From NCBI RefSeq assembly GCF_009914755.1, contig NC_060940.1: a DNA stretch of 64,000 nucleotides; one strand, 5' to 3'. This DNA is from the human T2T-CHM13v2.0 reference genome, Homo sapiens. This document shows, one piece after another, positions 45,002 to 58,289 of this stretch. The translations under genes were made by a program, and so were the position numbers. Below the pieces are notes generated by a model. That model saw nothing but the letters and a program-made list of their open reading frames with translations. It had not been told where the DNA came from and searched no databases. Each line of letters starts with the position of its first letter. Position 1 is the first letter of the stretch.

Positions 45002-46808
45002 TTTTTAAAATTTTAAGTTTAGGGGTACAGGTGCAAGTGTGATATACAGGTAAATTCACGTTAAGGGAGTTTGTTGTACAGATTATTTTGTCACCCAGGT
45101 ATTAAGCCTAGTACCCACATTAGTTATTTTTTCTGATCCTGTTTATCCTCCCACCCTCCACCCTCCAGTAAGTCCCAATGTCTCGTTCCCCTCTATATGT
45201 CCATGTGTTCTTCTCAGTAAGCTCCAACTTATAAGTGAGAACATACCCTATTTGAATTCTCTTGTTGTGTTAGTTTGCTATTGATAACGGCCTCAAGCTC
45301 TATCCATGCTATTGCAAATGACATGAGTTTTTTTTATGGCTGCATAGTATTCCACAGTGTATATGTACCACATTTTCTTCATAGAGTCTGTCATTGATGG
45401 ACATTTAGTTAATTCCATGTCTTTGCTATTGTGAAAAGTTCTGCAATGAATACATGTGTGCATGTGTCTTTATGATAGAATGATTTATATTCCTGTGGGT
45501 ATATACCCTATAATGGGGTTGCTGGGTCAAATGGTAGTTTGGTTTTCAGTCTTTGAGGAATAACTGCACTGTTTTCTATAATAGTTGAACTAATTTACAT
45601 TCCCACCAACAGTTTATCAGCATATATTTTTCTCTGCAGCCTCATCCGCCCCTGTTATTTTTTGACTTTTTAGTGATGGCCATTCGGACTGGTGTGAGAT
45701 GATATATCACGGTGGTTTTGGTTTGTGTTTCTCTAATGATCAGTGATACTGAGCTATTTTCTATGTGCTTGTTGGCCACATGTAGGCCTTCTTTTGAAGG
45801 TGCCATTTATGTGCTTTTCACACTTCGTAATGGGGTTGATTTTTGGTTGTAAATTTGTTTAAGTTCCTTATAGATGCTGGATATTAGATCTTTGTCAGAT
45901 GCATAGTCTGCAAACATTTTCTCCCATTCTATAGGTTGTCTGTTTACTCTGCTGATACTTTCTTTTGCTGTGCCGAAGCTCTTCAGTTTAACTAGATCCC
46001 ATTTGTCAATCTTTGCTTGTTTCCATTGCTTTTGGCATCTTGGTCATGAAATCTTTGCTCATTCCTATGTCCAGAATTGTATTGCCTAGGTTGTCTTCCA
46101 GGGTTTTTTCAGTTTTGGGTTGTACATTTAAATCTTTAATCCATGTTGAGTTGATTTTTATATGTGATGTAAGGAAGGGTTCTAGTTTCAATCTTCTGTA
46201 CATGGCTAGTCAGTCATCCCAGCACCATTTACTAAATAGGGAGACCTTTCTCCATTGCTTGTTTTTGTTGACTTTGTCAAAGATCAGGTAGTTGTCAGAG
46301 TGTGGCCTTATTTTTGTGCTCTCCATTCTGTTCTGTTGGTCTATGTGTCTGTTTTTGTACGGGTACTGTGGTGTTTTGGTTACTATAGCCCTGTACTATA
46401 GTTTGAAGTTGGATAATGTAATGCATCTAGCTTTGTTCTTTTTGCTTAGGATTCCCTTGACTATTCGGGCTCTTTGTTGGTACACCAACAACAGTCAAGT
46501 GGAGAGCCAAATCAGGAAATCAATCCCACTTACAAGTGCCCCCGAAGAATAAAATACCTAGGAATACAACTAACCAGGGCAGTGAAAGATCTCTACAAGA
46601 AGACCTACAAAACACTGCTCAAAGAATTCAGAGATGACACAAACAAATGAAAAAACATTCCATGCTCATGGATGGAATGAATTCAACATATTTAAAATGG
46701 CCATGCTGCGCCAAGCAATTCACAGTTTCAATGCTATTCCTATCAAATTATCAATAGCGTTCTTCACAGAACTAGAAAAAGAACTATTTTAAAATTTATG
46801 TGGAACCA
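45002..46808 (-). mobile_element. L1PA13-16-type L1 with 5' inversion (minus 45002-46480, plus 46481-46808)
   Basis: 3' UTR aggggtacaggtgcaag..gtcacccaggtattaagcctagtaccc; ORF 46006-46203 matches the ORF2p C-terminal region (KLDPFLT..KINS.WIKDLN); strand flips at ~46481. Confidence 0.93.
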
Positions 46809-47724
46809 GATCACTTCATAATCAGCAAGTGGTAATGTTTTAGAGTTATGAGGGATCTCACAGATTGTAGAAATTAAAGCTCAGAATTGGGAACAGAATT
46901 GGCCAAAGACACAAAATCTCACTAACTTATTAAAGAGAGGCAGTCAGTATTACCTTTTGTGCATTTAGTTTTATCCTCCCTAGACTGTTCTTTTAGGCAA
47001 ACTCATGTTCTAATATCCCACTAAGTTTTTGAAGGGCCTCTAGGGGATTTGACACTTTCAATCTTTGTAACAGCACAGTCTTGCTAGGTTTATCTTCATT
47101 AAAACCACCAAATGGCTTTTTTAAAGTCACACAGTTAATAAGGAGTAAAGCCACTGTTTTGCCATTCTATGTATTTAGTTAACATTTACTAGGTGCCAGG
47201 TATTACTTTATAACACCAGGGAACCACTGGTGATCAAGACAGAAAAAAAATCCTGGTCTCATGGAGCTTTGACTCTAGTGCATTGAAAGATAATGAAGAT
47301 GTAAACAAGTAAATACATTAAATTTTCAGAGATTGAGATAAAATCAACACAGTGGTGAGATTGAGACGATGAGAAAATAGTTACTTTAAATCTCTTAGGA
47401 GATGCTATCTGAGAAATGACACTGTGTCTGGAATTGATGGGTTCTTGGTCTCACTGACTTCAAGAATGAAGCCACGGACCCTCGCGGTGAGTGTTACAGC
47501 TCTTAAGGTGGCGCGTCTGGAGTTTCTTCCTTCTGGTGGGTTCGTGGTCTCGCTGGCTTCAGGAGTGAAGCTGCAGACCTTCGTGGTGAGTGTTACAGCT
47601 CATAAAAGCAGTGTGGACACAAAGAGTGCACAGTGGCAAGATTTATTGCAAAGACCAAAAGAACAAAGCTTCCACAGTGTGGAAGAGGACCCGAGCGGGT
47701 TGCCACTGCTGGCTGGGGCAGCCT

Positions 47725-48225
47725 GCTTTTATTCTCTTATCTGGCCCCACCCACATCCTGCTGATTGGTAGAGCCAAGTGGTCTGTTTTGACAGGGCGCT
47801 GATTGGTGTGTTTACAATCCCTGAGCTAGACACAAAGGTTCTCCTCCTCCCCACCAGATTAGCTAGATATAGAGTGTGGACACAAAGGTTCTCCAAGAAC
47901 CCACCAGAGTAGCTAGATACAGAGTATCGATTGGTGCATTCACAAACCCTGAGCTAGACACAGGGTGCTGATTGGTGTGTTTACAAACCTTGAGCTAGAT
48001 ACAGAGTGCCGATTGGTGTATTTACAATCCCTGAGCTAGACATAAAGGTTCTCCAAGGCCTCACCAGAGTAGCTAGATACAGAGTGTGGATTGGTGCATT
48101 CACAAACCCTGAGCCAGACACAGGGTGCTGATTGGTGTGTTTATAAACCTTGAGCTAGTCACAGAGTGCCGATTGGTGTATTTACAATCCCTGAGCTAGA
48201 CATAAAGGTTCTCCACCTCCCCACC
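47725..48225 (-). promoter_or_regulatory. LTR12C enhancer/promoter: eight CCAAT boxes plus a TATA-like AATAAAA
   Basis: gattgg at 47763, 47801, 47929, 47970, 48011, 48089, 48130, 48171; ttttatt at 47727-47733; 160-bp higher-order repeat (47881, 48041, 48201). Confidence 0.8.
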
Positions 48226-48239
48226 AGACTCAGGAACCC

Positions 48240-48870
48240 AGCCGGCTTCACCCAGTGGATCCCGCACCAGGGCTGCAGATGGAGCTGCCTGCCAGTCCTG
48301 CGCCCTGCGCCCGCACTCCTCTGCCCTTGGGTGGTTGATGGGACTGGGCGCTGTGGAGCAGGGGGTGGCGCTCGTCAAGGAGGCTTGGGCCACACAGGAG
48401 CCCACGGAGGGTGTGGGAGGCTCAGGCATGGCGGGCTGCAGGTCCTGAGCCCTGCCCCACGGGAAGGCAGCTAAGGCCCAGCGAGAAATCAAGCGCAGCG
48501 CCAGTGGGCTGGCACTGCTGGGGGCCCTAGTACACCCTCCGCAGCCGCTGGCCCGGGTGCTAAGCCTCTCATTGCCCGGGGCCGGCAGGGCTGGCCGGCT
48601 GCTCCGAGTGCCGGGCCCGCCAAGCCCACGCCCACCCGAACTCCACCTGGCCCGCAAGCGCCGCACGCAGCCCCGGTTCCCGCTCGCGCCTCTCCCTCCA
48701 CACCTCCCTGCAAGCTGAGGGAGCCGGCTCCGGCCTTGGCCAGCCCAGAAAGGGGCTCCCACAGTGCAGCGGTGGGCTGAAGGGCACTTCAAGTGCCGCC
48801 AAAGTGGGAGCCCAGGCAGAGGAGGCGCCCAGAGCGAGCGAGGGCTGTGAGGACTGCCAGCACGCTGTCA
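48240..48870. promoter_or_regulatory. CpG-island-like segment within LTR12C U3
   Basis: only extended GC- and CpG-rich tract in the window. Confidence 0.75.
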
Positions 48871-49889
48871 ACTCTCAACACCTGAAGTATAAGTAAAGGT
48901 TGAGAAAGGAGTCAGGCTTGCAAAATTCTGGGAGAAGTGAACTTCAGAAATAGGGAGGAGGAAGTGAAAATATTCTTAGCAGGACTGAATCTTCAGTCTC
49001 CCAATTCTCAACCCCTTGCTTTGTCCAAACTCAATGCCAGTTCCTTTCTCCACCTTTGTTTAGAGAAGATATTTGTAGATAAACTTGTGTTTATGTAAAT
49101 CCAATCTTTATTGATACTTCAGTTGTGCCTCCATAATGACCCATTCCATTTATAAATGTCATCATCTGGCACTCTATATATCCGCTATAGTGCAAGTTGG
49201 AAGATGGAGCACTTTTTCATTTCTCTTCCAACATTGTTTTCTGCCTAGCACATTAACATATAGCTCAATTAACTACAGCTCGGCTCTAATGAGGCCAGTT
49301 GTAAATTCAATTCTTGTATAAGCCACTTAGCTTTTTATTTTATTGTAACCAAAAGCTCTCTAACTGATCCGAGTCTCATTAGTTCCCTCTAGGTCAGCAA
49401 CAATGCTAGCTTTCTATGCTACTCTATCTCCCCCCAGTTCCTCCCTGTGTTCCTGTTATAGGGCCCTCCACAGAGTAAATGCTTAATTAATCATTTCCCA
49501 ATCAGTTTTTTTTTCATCTTTTTAAGTTGTTTGCAAAATAGAACTTTGATTTGTTGTAAATTGTATGTTAATATTTATATGATTTTTTTTTTTTTTTTTT
49601 TTTTTTTGGTAAAAAACTTAGCCTTTACAAAACATCAACCCAACCTTTGGGTCTGTGGCGGGTTCATTGCTATTCCCACCCTTTCATGCTCAGATCCACC
49701 TGTGCTTCAAGGAAAATTCAAATGCTTCCCTCTTCTGTGAAGCTGTTCATGATTCAGCCTCCTTTCCCAAAAGTCCCATCACATGTTGCTGTCTGACATC
49801 TGACATGTCAGAGCAGAACCGCTTCTGCAAGTTCTAAGCTTCTTGAGTGCAGGTTTGATCTCTAAATCCTCCTTAAAACCTCCAAAGAA

Positions 49890-50530
49890 TCTACTTTTCT
49901 GGTGAGAAACATTAGATTTGGAGGTAATCAGAAATTGGTGAAATTTTTTTCTACCTCTTTCATTAAATAAGAGAAATTATTCAGAGTCCTTTGATTATGT
50001 GAGGTTCAGCTTTATCTCTTGAAAAACAAGTGTGATAATCTCCATCTCATATGTTCATTGTAAGTACCCAATGAGAAAATGTATATACAGAAAATATTGT
50101 GTAAGATTCTAGTTCTGCTACTTAATAGCCCTGAGATTAGAAAAGTTATTTAACCTGTCTTAACCTCAACATCTTTATCTATAAAATGTAAAAATTGATG
50201 GTTCCAACCTTTTAAACTCATTTTGAAAATTAAATGAGAAAATGAATATAAAGTACCTGACATAATTCTCAGTATATATTAATAGTTTGATAAATGCAAT
50301 TTGTTGATTTGGCTATTGTTATGGTTATATGTCAGTCACAGTGCCTGGTACATAGTAAGAATTGAATAAATACTATTTACTGAGTATTGTAGCTAATACT
50401 CAGATATTTATTGGTTATTGGTTGTGTGCTTAGACCATGTGCTAGCGACTCTGCTTAACATTTGTGATGCAAAAATGCACACAAAAGATGTAATTCCTGC
50501 CAGATGAAGTTTATGGTCACTAAAACATAC
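49890..50530. mobile_element. Cluster of MIR and L2 fragments
   Basis: aagttatttaacctgtct..ctttatctataaaatg; cacagtgcctggtacatagtaag; atatttatt..accatgtgctag. Confidence 0.7.
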
Positions 50531-51086
50531 ATTAAACATATAATTTTATCCTGCATATAAAATATATTCAATGCATGGAGTTGCACAAATGTAAGCTTTT
50601 ATGGGTGAACGAGATATACTGAAGAGTAGTCAGGGTTCTCTGTACAGATTCTGAGTCAGAAATGCTATCCTACTGCATGAAAGCATTTTTCAACTCTTTT
50701 TAAGAAACATGAATTTTTCTATAGATAATAAACCATCAAATCGAGAAACCCACACAGTTTTTACATTTGGCTCAAAAAGCAATAAATTCAACAAATGTAA
50801 AACACATCTACTGGGCAAAACTCTTTCCCAGAACCAAAACAAAGTGGAAGAAGGAGCATTTCTGGCAGTTTTCCCCAATTTTTTTTGTTGCTTCTACAAA
50901 CTGCTTCTGCAAGATGTACTTCGGACAACTGAATTATGAGCCTTAACTTTAGTATTGTTCCCCCAATTTATCTTCTGTGACTCAACAGAATCTGATGGGG
51001 AGCCAAAGTCATAATTTAGTTGTTCTAAACACTTATTATCAAGGGAAAGAAAAGCATCGTGTAAATAAAAACTTGGAAAGCACACA

Positions 51087-51128
51087 TGTATGTATATACA
51101 AATATATATATGTATATATATATATATA
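51087..51128 (+). repeat. Imperfect (TA)n
   Basis: read directly. Confidence 0.9.
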
Positions 51129-54007
51129 TTTCTTCAGACTTTTACAAAGAGGATGCTAAGACTTTCTGGTTTGGAGTTTTATGCCACTGGAGGGAAAAGA
51201 ATTTAAAAAACAAAAGAGAAAGAATTCCCATCTTCTACTACCTGGATCATACTTTAAATCACTCTTCAAATTATCATTCTCCTTCCTTTCTACATCGATG
51301 TATTTATTTTACCCTCAGCAGTAGAAATAATTAATCATTGCTCTATTGGTAATGCCAGGTTGATATTTTGACCCTTTCAGCAATCTCTTTTTATACAATG
51401 CATATTATTTAGTTGACTTCCTTTTGTAATTACCACTAAGAAAAACAATCATACTGTACATATGTTTTGTGCACATTAAAATAACTGACTTTTAAAGCGA
51501 TAGTATCATCACGTCAATCCAATGATACTAAAAAGAAACAGTAAATGTTCTTAATGTAACATTAGTATATGCATTTTTCTATAAAATTAAGAATATATAT
51601 ATTAATAGACTGCTTCTGTAATAATGGTATTACTTATAGAGGCATTGTGCACATTGAATGTGTGTGTGAGAGAGAGAGAAAGGGAGAAAAGGCAGAAAAA
51701 GACACTTATGATTTCAGCAAAAATATAATCTGCTGCTAGAATCTTGTTGTTATATTCTTCCTTTTTTGCCTTTGAGTAGTGTTTCTAGAATGTTTATATT
51801 AGACTTTGTACACACTTGTTATATTCTGCATTTAAATGTAATATTATAATATAAGCTTGTTCTCATGATATTCCTGGAAACATAATTTTCATGGCTGCTT
51901 AACAATCCCATAGAATGTGTGCACATATGGTAGGATGGACAGAAGTTTTCTGTCTCCATCCCTTGGAATCACTCCATCCTCACTCGTGGTTGGAAAGATG
52001 TCATGTGAGCGGAATAATTAATTGAACTTACGTTGTGTGTGGTTAGCAATGCTTTTAAGGGTGAAGTAGGATGTCTTCAGTGCTCCATGATGAAGAATTC
52101 CCACTGACACCACTCAAACTAAATGCCAGTGAAATAAGATGGGATTTCCCAGTGGACGTACGAAGTAGAGGGACAAAGCTGGACCCCAAATGAAGATTCA
52201 GAAAAGGAGGAAAAAGAGGAAATGGGATCTAGGCCAAGGGTCTTCTGAGAATCTAGTAGAAGAAGATGTCTGAAGTACAGGTGACTAGGGAGAGTGGAGG
52301 AAAATCTGTGCCATCCAACAGACTCTGGTATATTTGCAACCATAACCATAACTATCTAAGTTAGAGTCTATTGAAGGTTAACTGAGCTTAAATGTCCTTT
52401 TAATAACTGCAAAATATGAGTGTGGACACGAAAACTTTGATTTAAACAACAGGTTCTTGATAGAGCATTCTGTGTTTGAATGTTTATGGACTCTAATAGT
52501 CCTGAAATCTTGAAGTATTCTTGATGTCTGCAGTAGGATGGGATGGGGGAGAGAAAACCAAAAATCTGACTGAACATAGCCACAGATTGTCACTTTATTA
52601 TCTCAACTCAACTTATATTTTGTTTCTGCTGCCTATTATTTACTTATATAATTATTTCCATTTCTGCCTCCCCCATAAGCCTGATACCAAAGTGTCCAGC
52701 ACTTAAACATTGTATGTGTACAGGCAAATCTCATTTTTTTGTGATTTGTATTATTGTGCTTCACAGATATTTCATTTTTTATAAATTGAAGATTTGGGGC
52801 AACCCTGCAATGAGCAAGTGTATCAGCACCACTTTCTCCAATAGTGTGTTCTCACTTCACATTTCTGTCATGTTCTGGTAATGCTTGCAATATTTCAAAT
52901 GTTTTCATTATTATTATATTGAAATTACATATTACATATATTCATATATATTATATTATTGTTGTGGTAATCTGTGATCAGTGATCATTGATGTCACTTA
53001 TTATCATTGTTTTGGGGTGCCACAAACTGTGCCCATATAAGACCGCACATTTAATTAATGTGTTGTGTGTGTTCGGACTGCTCTACTGACCATCCATTCC
53101 CCCATCTCTCTCCCTTGCCTCAGGCCTCCCTATTCCCTGAAACATAACAATATTAAAATTAGGCTCATTAATAATCTTAAATGGCTTCTAAGCATTCAAG
53201 TCAGAGGAAGGATTGCATGTTTCTCATTTTAAATCAAACGCTAGAAATGATTAAGCTTAGTGAGGAATGCATGTCAAAGCCAAGATAGTGAAAAATCTAG
53301 GCCTTTCGCATCAATTAGCCAAGTTGTGAATGCAAAAGAAAAGCTCTTCAAGGAAATTAACTGTGCTACTCCTGTGAACACACAAATAAAAGCAGAACAG
53401 AAAGTATTGCTGATGTGGAGAAAGTTTTTGTGGTCTAGATAGAAGATCAAACCAACCACATGTCCTTAAGCCAAAGCCTAATCCAGATCAATGCTCTAAC
53501 TTCTTTCAGTTCTATGAAGGTTGACAGAAGTTGATAAAACTGCAGAAGAAAAGTTTGAAGCTAGCAGAGTTTAGTTCACCAGGTTTAAGGAAAGAAGCCA
53601 TCTTTATAACATAACAGTGCAAGGTGAAGCAGCAAGTGCTATTGTGGAAGCTAAAGCAAGTCATTTAGAAGATCTAGCTGAGATAATTGATGAAGGTGGC
53701 TACACTAAACAACAGATTTTCAGTGTAGACAAAACAGCCTTATCTTGAAAGCAGATGGCATCTAAGACATTCATGGCTAGAAAGGCGAAGTCAATGCCTG
53801 GCTTCAAAATTTCAAAGGACAGGCTGACTCTCTTGTTAAGGGCAAATGCAGCTGTTGACTTCAAGTTGAAACCAATGCCTATTTACCATTCCAAAGATCC
53901 TAAGGCAATAAAAATTATGTTAAATCTACTCTGTCTGTGCTCTAAAATGAAAAAAAAAACCAAAGGCTGGATGACAGTACATTTGTGTACAGAATGGTTT
54001 ACTAAAC

Positions 54008-54316
54008 TTATTTATTTATTTATTTATTTATTTTGAGACAGAGTCACACTCTATTGCCCAGGCTGGAATGCAGCAGCCTGATCTCGGCTCACTTCAATCT
54101 CCACCTGCTGGGTTCAAACGATTCTCCTATTTTAGCCTCCTGAGTAGCCAGGACTACAAGTGCACACCACCACGCCCGGCTAATTTTTGTATTTTTAGTA
54201 GAGATGGGCTTTCGCCATGTTGGACAGGCTGGTCTCGAACTCCTGACCTCAGGTGATCTACCCGCCTCGGCCTCCCAAAGTGCTGAGATTATAGGAGTGA
54301 GCCATCACACCTGACC
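54008..54316 (-). mobile_element. AluSx-like with (TAAA)n tail
   Basis: full dimer; degenerate TSD tactaaac / tactgaac. Confidence 0.96.
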
Positions 54317-55175
54317 CTACTGAACGTTTTAAACCCACTACTGAGAGCTACAGCTCAGAAAATAAATAAATAAATAAAAGTAAATAAATAAATAAATAAA
54401 AGTCTTTCAAAGTATTACTGCTCATTGACAATGCACGTAGTCACCCAAGAGCTCTAATGGAGATTTACAAGGAAATGAACGTTGCTTTTATGCTTACTGA
54501 CATAACATCAATACTATAGGCCACGGATCAAGAAGTAATTTTGAGTTTCAAGCTGTATTATTTAAGAAATACACTTTATAAGGCTATAGCTGCGTAGGTA
54601 GTGATTCCCCTGATGGATGTAAGCAAGAGAAATTGAACACTTTATGAAAAAAACTCATCATTCTAGATGGCATTAAGAACATTTATGATTCATGAGAGGA
54701 AGTCACCATATCAATTAATAGAAGTTTGCAAGAAGTTGATTTTAACCCTCCTGGATGAGTTTGAGGGATTCAAGACTTTAGTAGAGGAAGCAAATGCAGA
54801 TGTGGTGGAAATATCAGGAGAACTAAAATGAGAAGCGGTACCTAAAGATGTGACAGAATTGCTGCAATCTTATGATACAATTATAATAAAGAGTCACTTC
54901 TAGCGGATGAGCAAAGAAAGTGGGTTCTTGAGATAGAATCTACTTTTGGCAAAGATGCTGTGATCATTACTAAAATGACAACAAAGGATTTAGAATAGTA
55001 CACACGCTTAGTTAATAAAACAGTAAGAGGTTCTGAGAGAATTGACTTCAATTTTGAAAGTTTTATTGTACGTAAAGTACTATCAAGAAGCACTACATGC
55101 CATGGACAAATTTTTCATAAAAGGAAGAGTCAATTGATGTATTGTCTTCACTGTTATCTTATTTTAGGAAATTAT

Positions 55176-55495
55176 AGCCGGGTGCAGTGGATCACGCCTG
55201 TAATCCCAGCACTTTGGGAGGCTGAGGGGAGCAGATCACTTAAGGTCAGGAGTTTGAGACAAGCCTGGCCAACTTGGTGAATCCCCGTCTCTACTAAAAA
55301 TACAAAGCTGGGCATGGTGGTGGGCACCTGTAATCCCAGCTACTCAGGAGGTGAGGCAGGAGAATTGCCTGAGCCTGGGAGACAGAGGTTGCCGTGAGCC
55401 GAAATTGCACCACTGCACTCTAGCCTGGGCGACAGAGTAACGCTTTGTCTTCCTCCACACCACCCCCCTCCACCGAAGAAAAAAAAAAAAGAAAA
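55176..55495 (+). mobile_element. AluSx-like
   Basis: dimer with a shortened linker; TSD gaaatt; C-rich insert before the tail. Confidence 0.95.
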
Positions 55496-57052
55496 GAAAT
55501 TGCCACAGCCAGCCTGGCCTTCAGCGACCACCACCCTGATGAGTCAGCAGCCATCAACGTCAAGGCAAGACCCTCAACCAGCAAAAAGATTACAGTTCGC
55601 TGAAGACTCAGATAATTGTTAGCACTTTTCAGTTTTACAGTATTTTAAAATTTAAGTATGTATGTTGGCTTCTTAGACATAATACTACTGCACACTTTGA
55701 GTACAGTATAGTGTAAATATAACTTTTTTATGCACTGGGAAACCAAAATATGCATGTGCCTTGTTTTCCTGAGATAGTCACTTCACTCTGGTGGTTTGGA
55801 ACGGAGACTGCAATATCTTTGAGGTATGTCTGCATATATATGTACATATATATAGATATATATATATGATGTATGACATGTCGATTTAATTATATCATTG
55901 AAACTTTTCCCATACATTGATGGAACAATCAAATACTGGCCAGAGAAATAGTATGAATTTAAAACAAACAAAATATACCCATTTAAAAAAAAAAGGTTTG
56001 TGCCATGGTTAAATCCCTGATGTACTGAAAATGTCGATTGAAACATCCAGTGCCCAAGAAATGTGGGGAAATGAATAACTTACTCACCATTTGGTCCAAA
56101 GTTTTCTCAGCAATCAGTGCAAGAAAATTAAAAGGTTGAGAGGTGCAGATGGGGTTTGTTCTTTAAAGGGAAGTGCTGATCTAAGGGAAGAGCCCCTTGG
56201 AAATTAATTAGAGCCCAGCTGGAAGTCAAAAATATAGAACATAAATGGTCCTGTGCTCCCCCAACCCATGCCATGCAGATAAAGCCAGAACGCATTTTCT
56301 GATACTCCCATCCTGAATTAATCATTCGTTCCACCACGCATGCATGGTAATTCACGTCAAACACCATTTGGAGTGCATATTGTACTGACTTCTTTTAAAC
56401 TTAGTTGTATGCTCGCCTGTCTTTCCTCCTGAATTATAAGCCTTTTCAGGAGGTTAGCAAACCTCTCATGTAGAGCATAATATCAAAAATGTTCTGTATT
56501 TAATTGACAAGAAGCACTTAAGATTAAAATGTGATTTCTTCAAACATGAGTTTATTCATATGTGAGAAAAATATATAGAATATTTAAGCTCATTTAATAT
56601 TATTGCTGATATTACCAGCTTTTTGTGAAAAGGGAAAGCATATGTGCTGACATTTGTATATGAGTGAGAAAATAACTGGGAGGAACAGATAGATCAACAG
56701 GAAAAGACAGAGAGCTGGCTCAATATGTCTTAAAGATTTCTTTTTTAAGATAGTCTTTAACTTGACATTAAAATAATTATATTGAGTGATTTCCCAGATA
56801 TATTAACTAATTTAATTTAACCAAGCACTAAAGTTTATATGTTTAAAAATAGGTGTGATTTAAGATAACAGATATAAGAATAAAAATATGATAGAAAGTA
56901 TACAAAATAAACTATTCAAATCAGAACCAACTAAAACATTTTTTTCTAAAACCAACCTGTCACACAATTTCAGATTTAAGATTTTTGTATTGGGTTCTAT
57001 TTGGCTCATTTGAGGATAAGCAAAAATATTATCACTTCCAAAAACAAACTGC

Positions 57053-57335
57053 GTCTGGCATGGTGGCTCACGCCTGTAATCCCAGTGCATTTGGTGGCTG
57101 AGGAGGGAGGATCACATGAGGTCAGGAGTTTGAGACCAGCCTATGCAATATAGTGAGACTCCATCTCTACAATAAATAAAAAAAATTAGCCAGGTGCAGT
57201 AGTCCTAGTTACTTGGGAAGCTGAGGCAGGAGTGTTGTTTGAGCCCTCGAGTTCAAGGCTGCAGTGAACTATGATCATGCCAGTATAACTCCTGTCTGGG
57301 CAATAACAAAGCAAGACCTTGTCCCTAAAAAATTA
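57053..57335 (+). mobile_element. AluJ
   Basis: gagttcaaggctgcagtgaactatgatc diagnostics; small deletion at the start of the right arm. Confidence 0.93.
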
Positions 57336-57775
57336 ACATCAAACAATCACAATCTGAAAACACTGACCTACAAGTCCCTTTCTTCTCTAAAAATCAGTAT
57401 ATCAATGATATTTTAAGTTTGGCCCAGAAATAAGCATTTAATAAATATCTACTACATGCTGAACATCAAGCCATATTTTTAAGTTGCTATTTTATCTTTA
57501 TGAAAGCAATGTAAGATAAGTAATATCATCCCAACTGTGTGTAGAATTCAATTAGAGTATCAATGATATACTAATTGTTAGAGAAGGAAGAGACTTGTAA
57601 TTACCATTTGGTCAATTTAACTTCAGTAACTATCACTAATCTATGAAGCCTGATAGTGTTAATGCAATTCCTTTCAATACGCTAAATTTGAAAAAAAAAT
57701 GATGTTTGAAACTAACATTTTGCATCATGTCATAGCTTACAAAGCAGTTTTACATATTTCACATAGTAAGAATAA

Positions 57776-58080
<305 letters not shown>

Positions 58081-58280
58081 TACAAGAGCAGATTTGAAAT
58101 GTTCTCACCACCTCACACAACACAACACACACACAAAACGATAACTATGGGTGGTGATGGATTTGTGAATTTGACTGTGATAATCAATACATCATGTGTA
58201 TGTATACCAAATCATCACATTGTACAACTATATACAATTTGTCAATTATTTTAAAATAAAAATAAAAACAACAACAAAAA
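58081..58280 (+). mobile_element. L1MA8-10-type extreme 3' end
   Basis: agatttgaaatgttctcaccac..aactatg..ggtgatggat..atcacattgtac..A-rich tail. Confidence 0.85.
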
Positions 58281-58289
58281 TAATACAGA

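Larger units (their letters stand above)
47423..48877 (-). mobile_element. LTR12C (ERV9) solo LTR, full length
   Basis: TG..CA ends; 1455 bp; 4-bp TSD acac (47419-47422, 48878-48881); U5 ttcttggtctcactgacttcaagaatgaagcc; tandem gattgg/agctaga repeats; GC-rich U3. Confidence 0.98.
47165..48960 (-). mobile_element. L2 3' fragment split by LTR12C
   Basis: acatttactaggtgccagg..caagacag..tctcatggagctt on the left; resumes cctgaag..aggagtcagg after 48881. Confidence 0.7.
52721..55832 (+). mobile_element. Full-length Tigger1 DNA transposon with a disabled transposase, split by two Alus
   Basis: TA-caggcaaatctc / gaggtatgtctg TIRs; transposase start atggcttctaag at 53181; ORF 53755-54036 SMPGFK.SKDRLTLLL.ANAA.DFKLKPM is a pogo/Tigger DDE segment; multiple stops and frameshifts. 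Confidence 0.96.

Noticed and set aside
47800-48225. Regularly spaced repeats resembling a CRISPR array
   Set aside because: The spacers are themselves repeated; this is the known ERV9 LTR enhancer array in eukaryotic DNA.
48196-48792. Longest ORF (198 aa) and overlapping GC-rich ORFs
   Set aside because: Lie wholly in the GC-rich U3 of LTR12C, where stop codons are rare; no recognisable domain.
53181-54600. Tigger1 transposase as a domesticated TIGD-like gene
   Set aside because: Frameshifts, stop codons and an Alu insertion disrupt it.
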